A stretch of DNA of 64,000 nucleotides from Dehalococcoidia bacterium (GCA_963662615.2 CAXXSR010000001.1:1312001-1376000); one strand, 5' to 3'; positions 39,150-49,210 are shown, counted from the stretch's first letter. Made by a program: numbers and translations. The notes: generated by a model not told the origin, from the letters alone.

Positions 39150-40850
39150 ATGCCCCATCGCTTCCTGCTGCTTCCAGCGCTCGCGCTCGTGATCGCGATG
39201 CTGGCCGCGGCCTGCGGCGGTGACGGCGACGACGAAACGGAGCCGTTTCGCGGCGAATCCGCCGCCACGGATGAGCCCGCTCGGCGTCCCGTCCCTCCCG
39301 ACGACATCCCCCCAGCACAGCAGGGCGAGGGCGACGAAGCCGAGGCCGACGCCGAGCCTGCGGTGGCCGAGCGCCCCGCGGCGTCAACCGAGACGCTCCG
39401 GCCCCCCGACCCCGCCGCCACCCCGGAATCGGCGACGGATTACACCGTCCAGGCCGGCGACACCCTCTTAGACATCGCGATACGCTTCGGCGCCACCGTC
39501 GATGAACTCGTCGCGCTCAACGGGCTCGCCAACCCGGATTCCTTGTTCGTCGGGCAGGTCATCGCCTTACCCTCGCCCGACGGCGCCGAGGCGGAAGCGG
39601 ACGCCGAAGCGGAGGAGCCCGCCGCGCCCGCGGACGATGCCGCCGGCGGCGGCGACTCAGAAGCGGTGGCCGACCCGGCCGATGTCCCTGACGCCCCGCC
39701 GGAGGTCACCGAGACGGGCGAGGGAACCAGTCCCGACACCATTCCCCAGCCCGGCCCCGACGTCACAGTGGCAGAGCTGCCCGAGCGGCCGGACGACTTC
39801 GCGACGTATAGCACCGCGGTCCTGCCCTGGCTGCAGACGCGCACTGAAATCGCTGACATCCTCCCCCTCTTTGAGCAGTGGTCCATGCCGCCCGTCGCGG
39901 ACGGCGACCGCTTCCACCTGGTCGATACGGACAGCAATGGCCTCTCCAGCCTCATCATTGTCTACACCGATCCTGGCACCCCGGAGGACTTTCCCACCGT
40001 CACCAGCAACCTGATCATCTACGACCCCCTCCCCGACCAACCGGACCGCTACCGCATCGCCTACGACCACCAGTTGCACACGGGCATAGACGGGTCGGAT
40101 ATCGCGGTGATGATGGTCGTGGACATCACCGGCGACAGGCGCCGCGACGTCACCTTCCGCGAGCAGTTCTGCGGTGCGCACACCTGCACCACCACGGTCC
40201 ACGTCCTTGTCCGTGACGGCGAGGGCTACCGCGACGCCGTCGTCGCGCCCATCAACATCCCCACCGCCGGCCCCTTCGACCTCTCGGACCAGACCGGTGA
40301 CGGCCTGCCCGACATCGGGGTGGAGGGCGGCACCTTCGGCTCCGTCGGCGCCGGCCCCCCGCGTCCTTTCCGCTACCTCTTCAGTGGCGCCGGCGGCGCC
40401 GTCCAGCAAGTCGCCGCAACCGGCCTCCCCACCGACTGGCTCGTCTGGGTCATCGTCGACGGCAACCGCGCCTTCGACGCCGGCGACTACGCAACGGCGC
40501 TCGGCCATTACGACCGCGCCACCTCCGACAACGCCTTGCAAGAGTGGGTGTCGGGAGAATCCGCGGATCTCGTGCCCCTGGCACACCTGCGTCGCACCCT
40601 CGCCCTCGCGCTGACGGCGCAGCCCGTCACAGCCGTGGCGGCGGCGCAGGCGGCGGCGGCAGGCAGCGGCCTCGTCGCTGACCTCAGCCAGGCATTCTTG
40701 GGCGCCTTCGCCCTGGAGACTGACCTCACCGCCGGCTGCTCCGCTCTCAACGACGCGCTCGCCCTCCGCGTGGACGAGTGGGACGCGCTCTGGGACCAGT
40801 TCGGCTACGCCGTCCCCCAGTTTCGGGCCGAGGCTATCTGCCCCCTCTAG
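39150..40850 (+). CDS. LysM-domain lipoprotein
   Basis: LAAAC lipobox, YTVQAGDTL..IA LysM, DxTGD repeats, TPR-like tail. Confidence 0.8.
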   Translation: MPHRFLLLPALALVIAMLAAACGGDGDDETEPFRGESAATDEPARRPVPPDDIPPAQQGEGDEAEADAEPAVAERPAASTETLRPPDPAATPESATDYTVQAGDTLLDIAIRFGATVDELVALNGLANPDSLFVGQVIALPSPDGAEAEADAEAEEPAAPADDAAGGGDSEAVADPADVPDAPPEVTETGEGTSPDTIPQPGPDVTVAELPERPDDFATYSTAVLPWLQTRTEIADILPLFEQWSMPPVADGDRFHLVDTDSNGLSSLIIVYTDPGTPEDFPTVTSNLIIYDPLPDQPDRYRIAYDHQLHTGIDGSDIAVMMVVDITGDRRRDVTFREQFCGAHTCTTTVHVLVRDGEGYRDAVVAPINIPTAGPFDLSDQTGDGLPDIGVEGGTFGSVGAGPPRPFRYLFSGAGGAVQQVAATGLPTDWLVWVIVDGNRAFDAGDYATALGHYDRATSDNALQEWVSGESADLVPLAHLRRTLALALTAQPVTAVAAAQAAAAGSGLVADLSQAFLGAFALETDLTAGCSALNDALALRVDEWDALWDQFGYAVPQFRAEAICPL

Positions 40851-40982
40851 GCGGCCCGACAGCGCGGAGGCGATGATTTCGGCTCACCGCGCCACAGCTC
40901 CTTCAACCACAGCTCTTCAATCGGCCCCGCGTCGCCTACAATGTCGGCCACCGCGCCCGTCCAACGCCAACAGATACGAACT

Positions 40983-41396
40983 ATGCAGGAGCGCATCTTC
41001 ACCCTGGCCGAGGCGCGCGAGATGCTCCCCCGCATCGAGCAGCTCTTGCTCGATATCCAGCGCAGCAAGCGCAAGTTCGACCAAGTGCAGGCGCTCCGCG
41101 ACTCCATTCGCCGCTCCACCGGCGCCGACGGCGGCGCCGTCGACACCAACGCCCCCGCCCTCACCGAGCGCGCCCGCGCCCTCGCGAACGATATTCGTCA
41201 ACAGATCGAGGAGCTGAACGCCGCGGGCGTCCAGGTCAAGGACGTCGACCGCGGACTCGTGGACTGGGTCGCCATGCGCGAGGGCCGGCAGGTGTACCTC
41301 TGCTGGCAGCGGGGCGAGCCCACGGTGGACTGGTGGCACGAGATCGCGGACGGCTTCCCTGGCCGCCGGCGTGTCCAACCGCAAGAGTGGGACTGA
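40983..41396 (+). CDS. DUF2203 family protein
   Basis: FTLAEA..LP, KD...GLVD, YLCW..GE, GF.GR. Confidence 0.85.
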   Translation: MQERIFTLAEAREMLPRIEQLLLDIQRSKRKFDQVQALRDSIRRSTGADGGAVDTNAPALTERARALANDIRQQIEELNAAGVQVKDVDRGLVDWVAMREGRQVYLCWQRGEPTVDWWHEIADGFPGRRRVQPQEWD

Positions 41397-41438
41397 GCGG
41401 CCGCGCCACGGCCACGCCACGGCCACGCCACCGCGCCG

Positions 41439-42293
41439 CTAGGTCACTCGGACCCGTCGCGGCCGCCAGCGAGCGAGGCGTCGCGGCGACAACACGAGCG
41501 CGAGCGTGAAGATCACTACCGCCGTCAGCGCAATGCTGGGGCCCGCCGCCACGTCCAGGTGAAACGAGATGTAGAGCCCGCCCACCAGCGCCACCGTGCC
41601 GACCGCGGCGCCCACCACCATGATCCAGAACAGCCGCCGCACGATCAGCGTCGCCGTCGCCGCCGGCGCCACCAGCATCGCCATCACCAGCAGCACGCCC
41701 ACCAGGCGGAACGCCACCACCGCCGCCAGCGCCACCAGCACCAGCAGCCCCGTCTGCACCAGCGCCACCGGCACCCCGCTCGCGCGCGCCAGCTCGGGAT
41801 CGTATGCCACGTATCGCAGCTCCGCATAGAAGTAGGCCGTCACCACCACGATCACCGCCGTGAGCACACCCATCAGGATCAGGTCCTCCGTGGGCACCCC
41901 CAGAATCACGCCCACCAGCAGCGAATTGAGGTCCAAGGCGTAGTTGCGGGTGCGGCTCATCAGGAGGACGCCCAGCGCAAACAGGCCAATGAAGAGCATG
42001 GCGACGGACGTGTCGAACGAGAAGCGCCCGCGGCGGCTGAGATTCGCGACGCCCACCGCCGTCAGCACCGCCGCGACGATCGCGCCCAAGCTCACGACGG
42101 TGCTGCTCCCCCCGGCCAGAAACGCCACCGCCGCTCCCGCCAGCGACGTGTGCGCCACCGCGTCGCCCAGAAACGCCAGCCCCTTCAAGACCACGAACGC
42201 CCCCACCACCGCGCCCGCCACAGCCACGAAAAAGCCCGCCAGCAGCGCCCGCTGCATGAACTCGAACTGCCAGGGATCCGTCAGCCAGTCCAC
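41439..42293 (-). CDS. znuB: Zn/Mn ABC transporter permease
   Basis: FMQRAL, GDAVAH, VGVLLV.A. Confidence 0.85.
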   Translation of the reverse strand: MDWLTDPWQFEFMQRALLAGFFVAVAGAVVGAFVVLKGLAFLGDAVAHTSLAGAAVAFLAGGSSTVVSLGAIVAAVLTAVGVANLSRRGRFSFDTSVAMLFIGLFALGVLLMSRTRNYALDLNSLLVGVILGVPTEDLILMGVLTAVIVVVTAYFYAELRYVAYDPELARASGVPVALVQTGLLVLVALAAVVAFRLVGVLLVMAMLVAPAATATLIVRRLFWIMVVGAAVGTVALVGGLYISFHLDVAAGPSIALTAVVIFTLALVLSPRRLARWRPRRVRVT

Positions 42294-42316
42294 GTCGATC
42301 CGGTTAGCCCCTGCCG

Positions 42317-43102
42317 CTAGTCATGCTCGTGAACGCCGTGGTGGACGTGCGGCTCCGCCGTGTAGCCGTGCTCGCCGCGGTGGAAGACCAAGAGATGGCG
42401 GCCGAAGGTGCGCACCAGGACATCCTCGGTGAGCGCCTCCCGAGGCGGCCCGTACGCCAGCATGTGCCGGTTGATGCAGAGGCTGGCCGAGTAGAACTCG
42501 TACACCGACGTGAGGTCATGCGTCGCGACGATCATCGTCTTGCCCTGCCGCGCCAGCTCCACCAGCACCTCCATCAAGTCGTGCTCCACCGCCACGTCCA
42601 GCCCGGCCGCCGGCTCGTCCAGCAGCAGCACTTGTGGATCCTTCACCAGCGTCCGCGCCAGCAGGACGCGACGCTGCTGGCCCAGGCTCAATTCGCCGGT
42701 CTGTCGCGCCGCCAGATGGCCGATCCCCAGGCGCTCCATGGCGCCCTCCACCGCGGGCCGGCTGGCGTCACGAAATCCGCGCAGGCGCGCCCAGCCCCAG
42801 CGCGGTCGGTACAGGCCCATCGCCACCACCTCGCGTACGGTGATGGGAAAGGCCCAGTCCACGCTCTCCACCTGCGGCATGTAGCCAATTCGTCCTCGCG
42901 ACTGTGCGGGCGTGCCGCCCAGCACCTCTACCAGCCCGCGCCACGGCGGCCGCAGGCCGATCAGCGTCTTGATCAGTGTGCTCTTGCCGGACCCATTGGG
43001 ACCCACAAGACCCACGAGTTCACCTTGCCCCACCGCGAACGTGATCCCCTCCAGGGCCACACGCCGCCCATAGCCCGCGGTCAGCCCCTCCACCCGAATC
43101 AC
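42317..43102 (-). CDS. znuC: Zn/Mn ABC transporter ATPase (start 43102 or 43195)
   Basis: GPNGSGKST, YMPQ, LLDEP, His-rich C-terminus. Confidence 0.85.
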   Translation of the reverse strand: MIRVEGLTAGYGRRVALEGITFAVGQGELVGLVGPNGSGKSTLIKTLIGLRPPWRGLVEVLGGTPAQSRGRIGYMPQVESVDWAFPITVREVVAMGLYRPRWGWARLRGFRDASRPAVEGAMERLGIGHLAARQTGELSLGQQRRVLLARTLVKDPQVLLLDEPAAGLDVAVEHDLMEVLVELARQGKTMIVATHDLTSVYEFYSASLCINRHMLAYGPPREALTEDVLVRTFGRHLLVFHRGEHGYTAEPHVHHGVHEHD

Positions 43103-43166
43103 CGGCGCCTGCCTCGCCTGTTGGGTTCGGCTCCCATCGCCGGCGCCCTGAATTGACTGCGGCAAG

Positions 43167-43181
43167 TGAGACGGACTCTCA
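43167..43181. promoter_or_regulatory. Candidate Zur box
   Basis: TGAGA-cggac-TCTCA inverted repeat at the znuA/znuC junction. Confidence 0.45.
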
Positions 43182-44162
43182 ATCTGCAATGGCATGGGCG
43201 TTTGCTCGCATCATCTCTACGTAGGTGGGCGCCGCCTCGGACAGGCTCCCCGAATGCAGGTTGCGGACCTCCGCCTTCGTCTCCCTCGCGATCTGGTCCA
43301 GCACGCTCGCTTGGTGCTGCGGCTCCGCGAAGATCAGCCGAACGTCGAGTTCCCACATCCGTTCAATCGTCGCCGCGACGTCTCGCGCGCTCGGCTCCTC
43401 CTCGGACCCCTCCACGACGAAGCCCTCCACGGTCAACCCGTAGCGCCGCGCAAAGTAGCCGAAGGCGTCATGGAACGTGAAGAGAGAGCGACGCTCCGCC
43501 GGCAGCCCGCTCAGCAGGGCGCGGATTTCGCGGTCCAGGGCGCGCAGCTCGCCGATGTAGGCGTCGGCGCGGGCGGAATACACAGCGCGCGCCGCCGGTC
43601 GCAGCTCGGCCAGTGCGCCCCTAATCCGCTCGACGCTGGCGATAACGAAGTCGATCTCCATCCAGAAGTGCGGATCCACTGCATTGTGCCCGGGCTCGTA
43701 GCGCCCCGCCTCTTCCGTCCCTGAGGCGCGCGCAGCCAGCGGCAGCCCCTCTGCCAGCCGCACCACCATCCCCCTCGCGTTCTCCTCGACGGCGTCCTCG
43801 AACGACGCTTCCAGGCCGGCGCCCCCCAGCACCACCAATTCGGCGTCACGGAGGGCGCGAACATCCCCTGGCGAGAGCGTGAATGTGTGGGCGTCGGCGT
43901 TGGCCGGCGCCAGCGAGCGCACCCGCACGCTGGCGCCTCCCACCTGCTCCACCAGATCGACAAAGATGGTCGTGGAGGCGACGACCGAGACCGGACGCGC
44001 ACCGCCGGCCGCTCCCACCGCGGAGCCCCCGCGCGTCTCTCCCTCGCCGTCCGCCGTCGCAGCCGACCCCGAGCACGCGCTCAGCAGCATGCCCAAAGCG
44101 AGCGCCGCCGCCAGCGGCGGCACCACTTGTCGGCAGCCCCCACGGCCCTTCAGCACCGCCAA
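43179..44162 (-). CDS. znuA: Zn/Mn ABC substrate-binding lipoprotein (start uncertain)
   Basis: LLSAC lipobox, DAHTF, DPHFW, HDAFGYF. Confidence 0.85.
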   Translation of the reverse strand: MAVLKGRGGCRQVVPPLAAALALGMLLSACSGSAATADGEGETRGGSAVGAAGGARPVSVVASTTIFVDLVEQVGGASVRVRSLAPANADAHTFTLSPGDVRALRDAELVVLGGAGLEASFEDAVEENARGMVVRLAEGLPLAARASGTEEAGRYEPGHNAVDPHFWMEIDFVIASVERIRGALAELRPAARAVYSARADAYIGELRALDREIRALLSGLPAERRSLFTFHDAFGYFARRYGLTVEGFVVEGSEEEPSARDVAATIERMWELDVRLIFAEPQHQASVLDQIARETKAEVRNLHSGSLSEAAPTYVEMMRANAHAIAD

Positions 44163-44279
44163 CGCCTCCCCCCGTGCGCCGTCCGCATTCGAGTCAACGG
44201 GCCCTCTCAGATCCCCTTGGCCAAACGTCAGCGTGCGCGTGCAAGCGCCTCCTCTGTCGTGCCAGCTGTGGCCATCTAC

Positions 44280-44294
44280 CGATATCTCGTCTCA
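44280..44294. promoter_or_regulatory. Candidate Zur box upstream of znuA
   Basis: Reverse complement reads TGAGACgagATATCG. Confidence 0.4.
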
Positions 44295-44381
44295 TTCCTC
44301 TCCGTGAGATTCCTCTCTCCACTGCCAACCTGATCGCTTGTTGATCCGTTATGGTAAGACGGCGTCCCGCGAACGCCCCGC

Positions 44382-44828
44382 TCAGGCCGACTCCGGCTCC
44401 GCCGCATAGCTCCCTGCGTCAACGCGGCACTGGTCGCAGCGCCCGTACGCCTCCAGCCAGTGCCCCTCCAAGCTGAAGCCCAGCGCCGCCACGGCTTCCG
44501 CCAGAAGCCCCTCCACGCCGCAGCCGCTCAAGTCGCGTACCGTTCCGCACGATTTGCAAACCAGATGGTGGTGGTGTCCGCGCCGGCTCCAGTAGTAGCT
44601 CCTGCGTCCGTCATCCATCAGGACCCGGCAGAGCACCCCCTCATCGACGAGCAGCTTGATCGTCCGAAACACGGTCGCGCGGCCGATGCGGGGCAGGTTG
44701 CGGTGAATCTCTTCCGCCGAAAATTGGTCGGGCTGCGTGTAGACGTCGGACAGCACCGACAGTCGCGAGGCCGTCAGGCGATGGCCCTTCGCCTCCAGCT
44801 CGTTGATGATGCGGGCAAGCTCGGACAT
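44382..44828 (-). CDS. zur: Fur family regulator, probably Zur
   Basis: RLT..R, ATVFRT, HHHHLVCKSCG, GRCDQC; adjacent to the znu genes. Confidence 0.8.
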   Translation of the reverse strand: MSELARIINELEAKGHRLTASRLSVLSDVYTQPDQFSAEEIHRNLPRIGRATVFRTIKLLVDEGVLCRVLMDDGRRSYYWSRRGHHHHLVCKSCGTVRDLSGCGVEGLLAEAVAALGFSLEGHWLEAYGRCDQCRVDAGSYAAEPESA

Positions 44829-44881
44829 GTTCGGCTATCCCCGTCCCGGCTGCTCCGCCGGCCCGGGCGACAAGCTAATGG

Positions 44882-44896
44882 TGAGACGATGTCTCC
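44882..44896. promoter_or_regulatory. Candidate Zur box upstream of zur
   Basis: TGAGACgatGTCTCC. Confidence 0.5.
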
Positions 44897-44977
44897 GTCA
44901 ACGTCGGCGTACGCACATCGCGGCCACTCGACGCCTCCGCGGCGCTCTCAAGATCCGCCGGAAGATTGAGGTTGGAA

Positions 44978-45913
44978 CTACTGGGCCAGGACCAGGACTG
45001 GGGCGCCGCTCGGCGCCTCGATCTCCAGATCGTCTTCGTGGCCCACGCTGATCACCATGCCCCCGCTCAAGGAATGCTTGAAGTATCCCGAGACCATCCC
45101 CCGCCCTGATTCATCCACGTAGAAGTGGCCCACCTTCTCGGGGCCGTCCGGCGTATCGACCCACATCACGTAGGCGCCCCCGCCCGCCGTCGAGCGGAGC
45201 CCGCTGGCGATCATCACGAACACGCCGCTCTCCGGCTCCCACATCATCTGGGCACTAGCGGTCGGCGCCGCGTTGGTCCCCGTCAGGCTCACCGTCCGCG
45301 TCGACGGAGCCGACAGCGACACCAGCGCCTCCGTCATCCGCATCTCCACCGTCCGCACCAACTCCAGCGTCTCCACCGAACGCGCCTCGGCAACCCCCAG
45401 CGCCTGCACCGTCTCCGTCTGGTCGTCCTCCATCCGCAGCACGGACCCCTCCAACCGGGAGCTGTCCCCCTCCAGGCCGTCCACCTGCGTCTGCAGAGCG
45501 ATGTTCCACGCCAGCAACCCGCCCACCGCCAGCATTCCAAAGGAGGCGGCCACGGTGGCCCATCTACCCAACCCCGGCCACGACCACAGCCGCACCAGGG
45601 CGGCGCGACCCGCTCCTCGCTCGGCGCGCTCGTCCTGCACGGCGGCCGGCGGATCGCCGACCGTCTTGCTGAAGATCCGTTGCCGGAGAGCGGCCCCCGT
45701 CTCTCGCAGTGGCGTCGCCAGCGCCATCACGCCGGCCACCCGGCGGAGCACCCCCACCTCGTCCTCGCACCCGTCACACCCCTCCTCCAGGTGTTCCGCC
45801 ACCAAAGCCGTCTCCTCCGGCTCCAGCGCGTCCAGGACGTAGGCCTCCAGAAGCTGTGAAGCCCGCTCGTGGCGGGATCCGCCGGCGCTGCTCATCGGCG
45901 TCTCGTCGGCCAT
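44978..45913 (-). CDS. Anti-sigma factor (RskA-like, ZAS-type N-terminus)
   Basis: AYVLDAL, HLEEGCDGC, TM, coiled coil, Y.MW...P.G C-terminal domain. Confidence 0.85.
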   Translation of the reverse strand: MADETPMSSAGGSRHERASQLLEAYVLDALEPEETALVAEHLEEGCDGCEDEVGVLRRVAGVMALATPLRETGAALRQRIFSKTVGDPPAAVQDERAERGAGRAALVRLWSWPGLGRWATVAASFGMLAVGGLLAWNIALQTQVDGLEGDSSRLEGSVLRMEDDQTETVQALGVAEARSVETLELVRTVEMRMTEALVSLSAPSTRTVSLTGTNAAPTASAQMMWEPESGVFVMIASGLRSTAGGGAYVMWVDTPDGPEKVGHFYVDESGRGMVSGYFKHSLSGGMVISVGHEDDLEIEAPSGAPVLVLAQ

Positions 45914-46566
45914 TACTGCCCCCCGGCCTCAGACGCGCGCTTCCCCACGACCGCCGCCGACGCTCCTTCTGGCTTTCCTGGCCCCACCCGACCTTCCAAC
46001 GAGACTCGCAGCTTCTGCATCCCCAGACGGATCCGCGTCTTTACAGTTCCTAACGGTGTTTGCAGCGCCTTCGCGATCTCCGCCTGAGTGAGCCCGTGGT
46101 AGTAGGCCAGCTCAATCGCCCGGCGCTGCTCCGCGGGAATCTCCGCCAGCGCCCGCTGGACCAGCGCCCGCTGGTCCGTCAGCTCCGCCGTGGCCAAGGC
46201 GACCGCCGCCGCCTCGCTGGGCGCGTCTGCGATGACCGAGCTCGACTCATCCGCGCCGCGAAGTTGGCTCTCGTTAAGCGGCCGTCGCCGCCGGGCGCGC
46301 ACCTCGTCGATCGCCCGATTCCGCGTCACGCTCAAGACCCAACCCACGAAACTGCCGCGCTCCTCCACGTAGCGGTCCGGATTACGCCACAGCCGCACGA
46401 AGACGTCCTGCACGACGTCCTCCGCTCCCTGTACGTCCCCAAGCACGCGATACGCGGTTGAAAAGACGACCCGCGAGAAGCGGTAGTAGAGGACCTCGAA
46501 CGCCCCAGCTTCCTTCCGGCCGATCGCACGCAGCAGATCCGGATCGGAGCACTCTTCCCACTTCAC
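45913..46566 (-). CDS. ECF sigma factor (SigK-like)
   Basis: AEDVVQDVF..LW, RNRAID, LAYY.GLT..EIA..L..PLGTVKTR. Confidence 0.92.
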   Translation of the reverse strand: MKWEECSDPDLLRAIGRKEAGAFEVLYYRFSRVVFSTAYRVLGDVQGAEDVVQDVFVRLWRNPDRYVEERGSFVGWVLSVTRNRAIDEVRARRRRPLNESQLRGADESSSVIADAPSEAAAVALATAELTDQRALVQRALAEIPAEQRRAIELAYYHGLTQAEIAKALQTPLGTVKTRIRLGMQKLRVSLEGRVGPGKPEGASAAVVGKRASEAGGQ

Positions 46567-46789
46567 CGCCCAAGCCTACCGGACCCTCGGCCCGGCCGCG
46601 CTCATCTTCCATACGATCGACACGACCATTCGGTTGTGGGTCGCCGCTATACTCGGCCCCTGCCAGCGGGCGCCATCGAGCGCCCTGAGCCTGACCCACG
46701 CCCCCCAGGTGCTGACTGTCAATGAGCTTGGGCTGCACTAGCGGGGCTTGCGTCAGCGGCACACCGGCGACCGGCGGGCCGTTCGTACA

Positions 46790-46988
46790 CAGCAATGCCC
46801 ACCGCCACCGCGACGAGATCATGGCGCTGCCCGGCCTCACCGCCGCGCGAAATGAGCACGTCTTCCTCGTCGACGGCCGCTGGCTCACCTGGTACGGCCC
46901 CCGCATCGTGACCGCCCTGCCCGCACTGGAAGGGATGCTGGACCGGGCCCGGCCTGAGTGGAGGGCGCCCCCGGACGACGGCGCCTAG
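46790..46988 (+). pseudogene. C-terminal remnant of a helical-backbone metal/cobalamin-binding protein
   Basis: AARNEHVFLVDGRWLTWYGPR motif; no N-terminal lobe or signal peptide upstream. Confidence 0.55.
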
Positions 46989-47076
46989 CACCGACGGACC
47001 ACGCATCCGGCCCCGCCGGGAGCGCCACGCTCGCACCCTCGCTCGATTGACGGAGCCCCAATCCGCCGATTGGACC

Positions 47077-47683
47077 TCAGTCCACCCGCTCGCCCTCCAA
47101 CCCGATCGCCCCCGCGATCCCCTGCATCGCCGCGATCACTTCGCCGATGTGGTCGTCCAGATCGACGCCCAGTCCCGCCGCACCGTCCACGATGTCGTCG
47201 CGGTTGACGGCGCGGGCGAACCCCTTGTCCTTCATCTTCTTCCGCACCGACTTGACCGCCACGTCGTGAACCGACTTGCTCGGCCGCACCAGTGCAACGG
47301 CGCTCACGAATCCCACCAGCTCGTCCACCGCGTAGAGCGTGCGCTCCATCGGCCGAGTCCCGTGTCACCCCCGTGGCGGCGTTGTGCGACTCCACGGCGC
47401 GCGCGAGCGCCTCCGGCCAGCCGCGCTGGCGCATGACCCGCGCACCTTCCCGGGCGTGCTCCTCGGGATCCGGGAAGCGCTCATAGTCATAGTCGTGCAG
47501 CATCCCCACGATCCCCCACGCGCCCTCGTCCTCGCCCGCCCGGCCAGCGAAGGCGCGCATCACGCCCTCCACGGCCAGCGCATGTTTCCGCAGCGACTTG
47601 GACTCGGTGAACTCGCAAAGGAGCGCCCACGCGGCATCGCGATCGAACGGTGCGCTCTTTGCGGCCTCGACTCCGCTCGGCAT
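47077..47683 (-). pseudogene. HD-domain protein with a 1-nt insertion near 47353
   Basis: The N-half (SLRKH..VE, LHDYDYE) and C-half (LYAVDEL.GF, KKMKDK.FA) lie in different frames and join if one base is removed. Confidence 0.8.
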
Positions 47684-47713
47684 GACGTCTTCCTCCGCCC
47701 CGGGCTACCCGAC

Positions 47714-48538
47714 TCAGATAGGCCGGGCGCTGTCGAACAGCAGCGCCCTCGCGCCGATCTCGCCCGCCAGCACCGTCGCCGTGACGAGATACAGCAGCCC
47801 CGTCGCCGCCATCATCGATCGGATCCGCGACGACGACCACGCCATCCACCCGAAGACGAAGGGCAGCGCCAGCCCCACCACGATGCGCAGCCAGAAGGTC
47901 ACGTCGTCCGCCAGGGCAATGTCGCGGCCTCCCATCGGCAATTCGTCCACCGGCAGCGCCATCGCCAGCCCCAACAGCACCGCTTGCACGGTCACCACCA
48001 GCAGGAAGAGGAACGTGATCTCGTTCAGCGGTCGCGACGGCAACCGCGGCGTCACCAGGTACCCGTGACCCAGTGTCAGCCCCACGACTGCCAGCCCCAC
48101 CGCCAGGCTGCCGAAGAGCAGGCTCAAAAAGACCAGCCCCATCCCCCAGGCGGGCAGCCGCAGCATGATCGCGATGAGCAGCAGCACGGCCACGGCGAGC
48201 ACCGCCAGAGCGCCGCCCAACAACCGCCCCGCACGAACCCGGTCCGCGCGGATCACGACGTTGTGCACCACGCTGATCGCGGTCATCCCCGCCATCAGCC
48301 CCACGATCGCGTCGCGCGGCCCCGTATCCAGCCGGTAGCCCTCCACCACCTCCCCGTCCAGCGTCAGCGCCACCCACATCGCCAGCCCCAACAGCGGCGG
48401 CAGGAAGATCGTCGTCGCCTTGATGTAGCCGCGCGTCACTTCGCCGCGCATGTCCACGGCCTGCATCACCAGCACGCCACCGAGCCCAATTTCGGCCAGG
48501 ATCAGGAACAGTGTGTAGGGGAGTGCGTCGGATTCCAT
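47714..48538 (-). CDS. Multi-pass membrane protein, about 8 TM
   Basis: Hydrophobic helices; LGHGYL and AATGLLY motifs. Confidence 0.75.
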   Translation of the reverse strand: MESDALPYTLFLILAEIGLGGVLVMQAVDMRGEVTRGYIKATTIFLPPLLGLAMWVALTLDGEVVEGYRLDTGPRDAIVGLMAGMTAISVVHNVVIRADRVRAGRLLGGALAVLAVAVLLLIAIMLRLPAWGMGLVFLSLLFGSLAVGLAVVGLTLGHGYLVTPRLPSRPLNEITFLFLLVVTVQAVLLGLAMALPVDELPMGGRDIALADDVTFWLRIVVGLALPFVFGWMAWSSSRIRSMMAATGLLYLVTATVLAGEIGARALLFDSARPI

Positions 48539-48559
48539 GCGCTTGCCGCCGGCGCGCTG

Positions 48560-49210
48560 TCAGACCGGCGCCGGCGGCGCGGCGACCACGCGACGGCTCA
48601 GCCAGCGCGCCACCGAGCGATAGTCCTCCTCCTGCTGCAACCGTGACCGCCGCCCCAACGTCTGCCCGGAGGGGTGGTACAGCGCCATCAGGTCCCGCCC
48701 CAACCACGGTTCCGCCACCGCCACGTCCTCACCGAACCGCAGCCCGTGCGGCGCAATCCCTGCCGCGGCGAGCAGTGCGACACGGCCCAGCGTCACTACC
48801 AATAACGGGGCCACCAGCTCAACAATCTCCCGCAGGAAACTGTTGCAATTCCGCACCTCGCTCGTCAACGGCGTGCGATTTCCACCCTCCCTGCCGGGTG
48901 GGTGACACAGGACTGCGTTGGTCAGGAAAGCCTGACGCAGGTCCACCCCCGCCTGGGCGCAGTAGGCGCGGAAATTGATGCCCGTCTGATCGCCCCACAA
49001 CGGCACGCCGTACCGAACCCCGCCGCGATAGCCCGGCGCCTCCGCCACGAAGAGCAGCGGCGCCGGAGTCGGTCCGTTCCGGTGTCCCAGCACCGCGCTT
49101 CCCGGCGCCACGCTCCCGCAGCGTCGGCAGCTGCGCGCACGCCGCGATAGCCGCCGCATCGCCGTCGACGGCACCAACGACGCTCCCTCATTTGACCCGC
49201 ACGCGCTCAT
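48560..49210 (-). CDS. Uracil-DNA glycosylase (family 4/5-like)
   Basis: CRRC, AEAPG, TNAVLCHP, NRTP...E..NC, YHPS. Confidence 0.88.
   Translation of the reverse strand: MSACGSNEGASLVPSTAMRRLSRRARSCRRCGSVAPGSAVLGHRNGPTPAPLLFVAEAPGYRGGVRYGVPLWGDQTGINFRAYCAQAGVDLRQAFLTNAVLCHPPGREGGNRTPLTSEVRNCNSFLREIVELVAPLLVVTLGRVALLAAAGIAPHGLRFGEDVAVAEPWLGRDLMALYHPSGQTLGRRSRLQQEEDYRSVARWLSRRVVAAPPAPV

Noticed and set aside
38930-39150. c-di-AMP riboswitch before the LysM lipoprotein
   Set aside because: Only scattered short matches; the required helices were not found.
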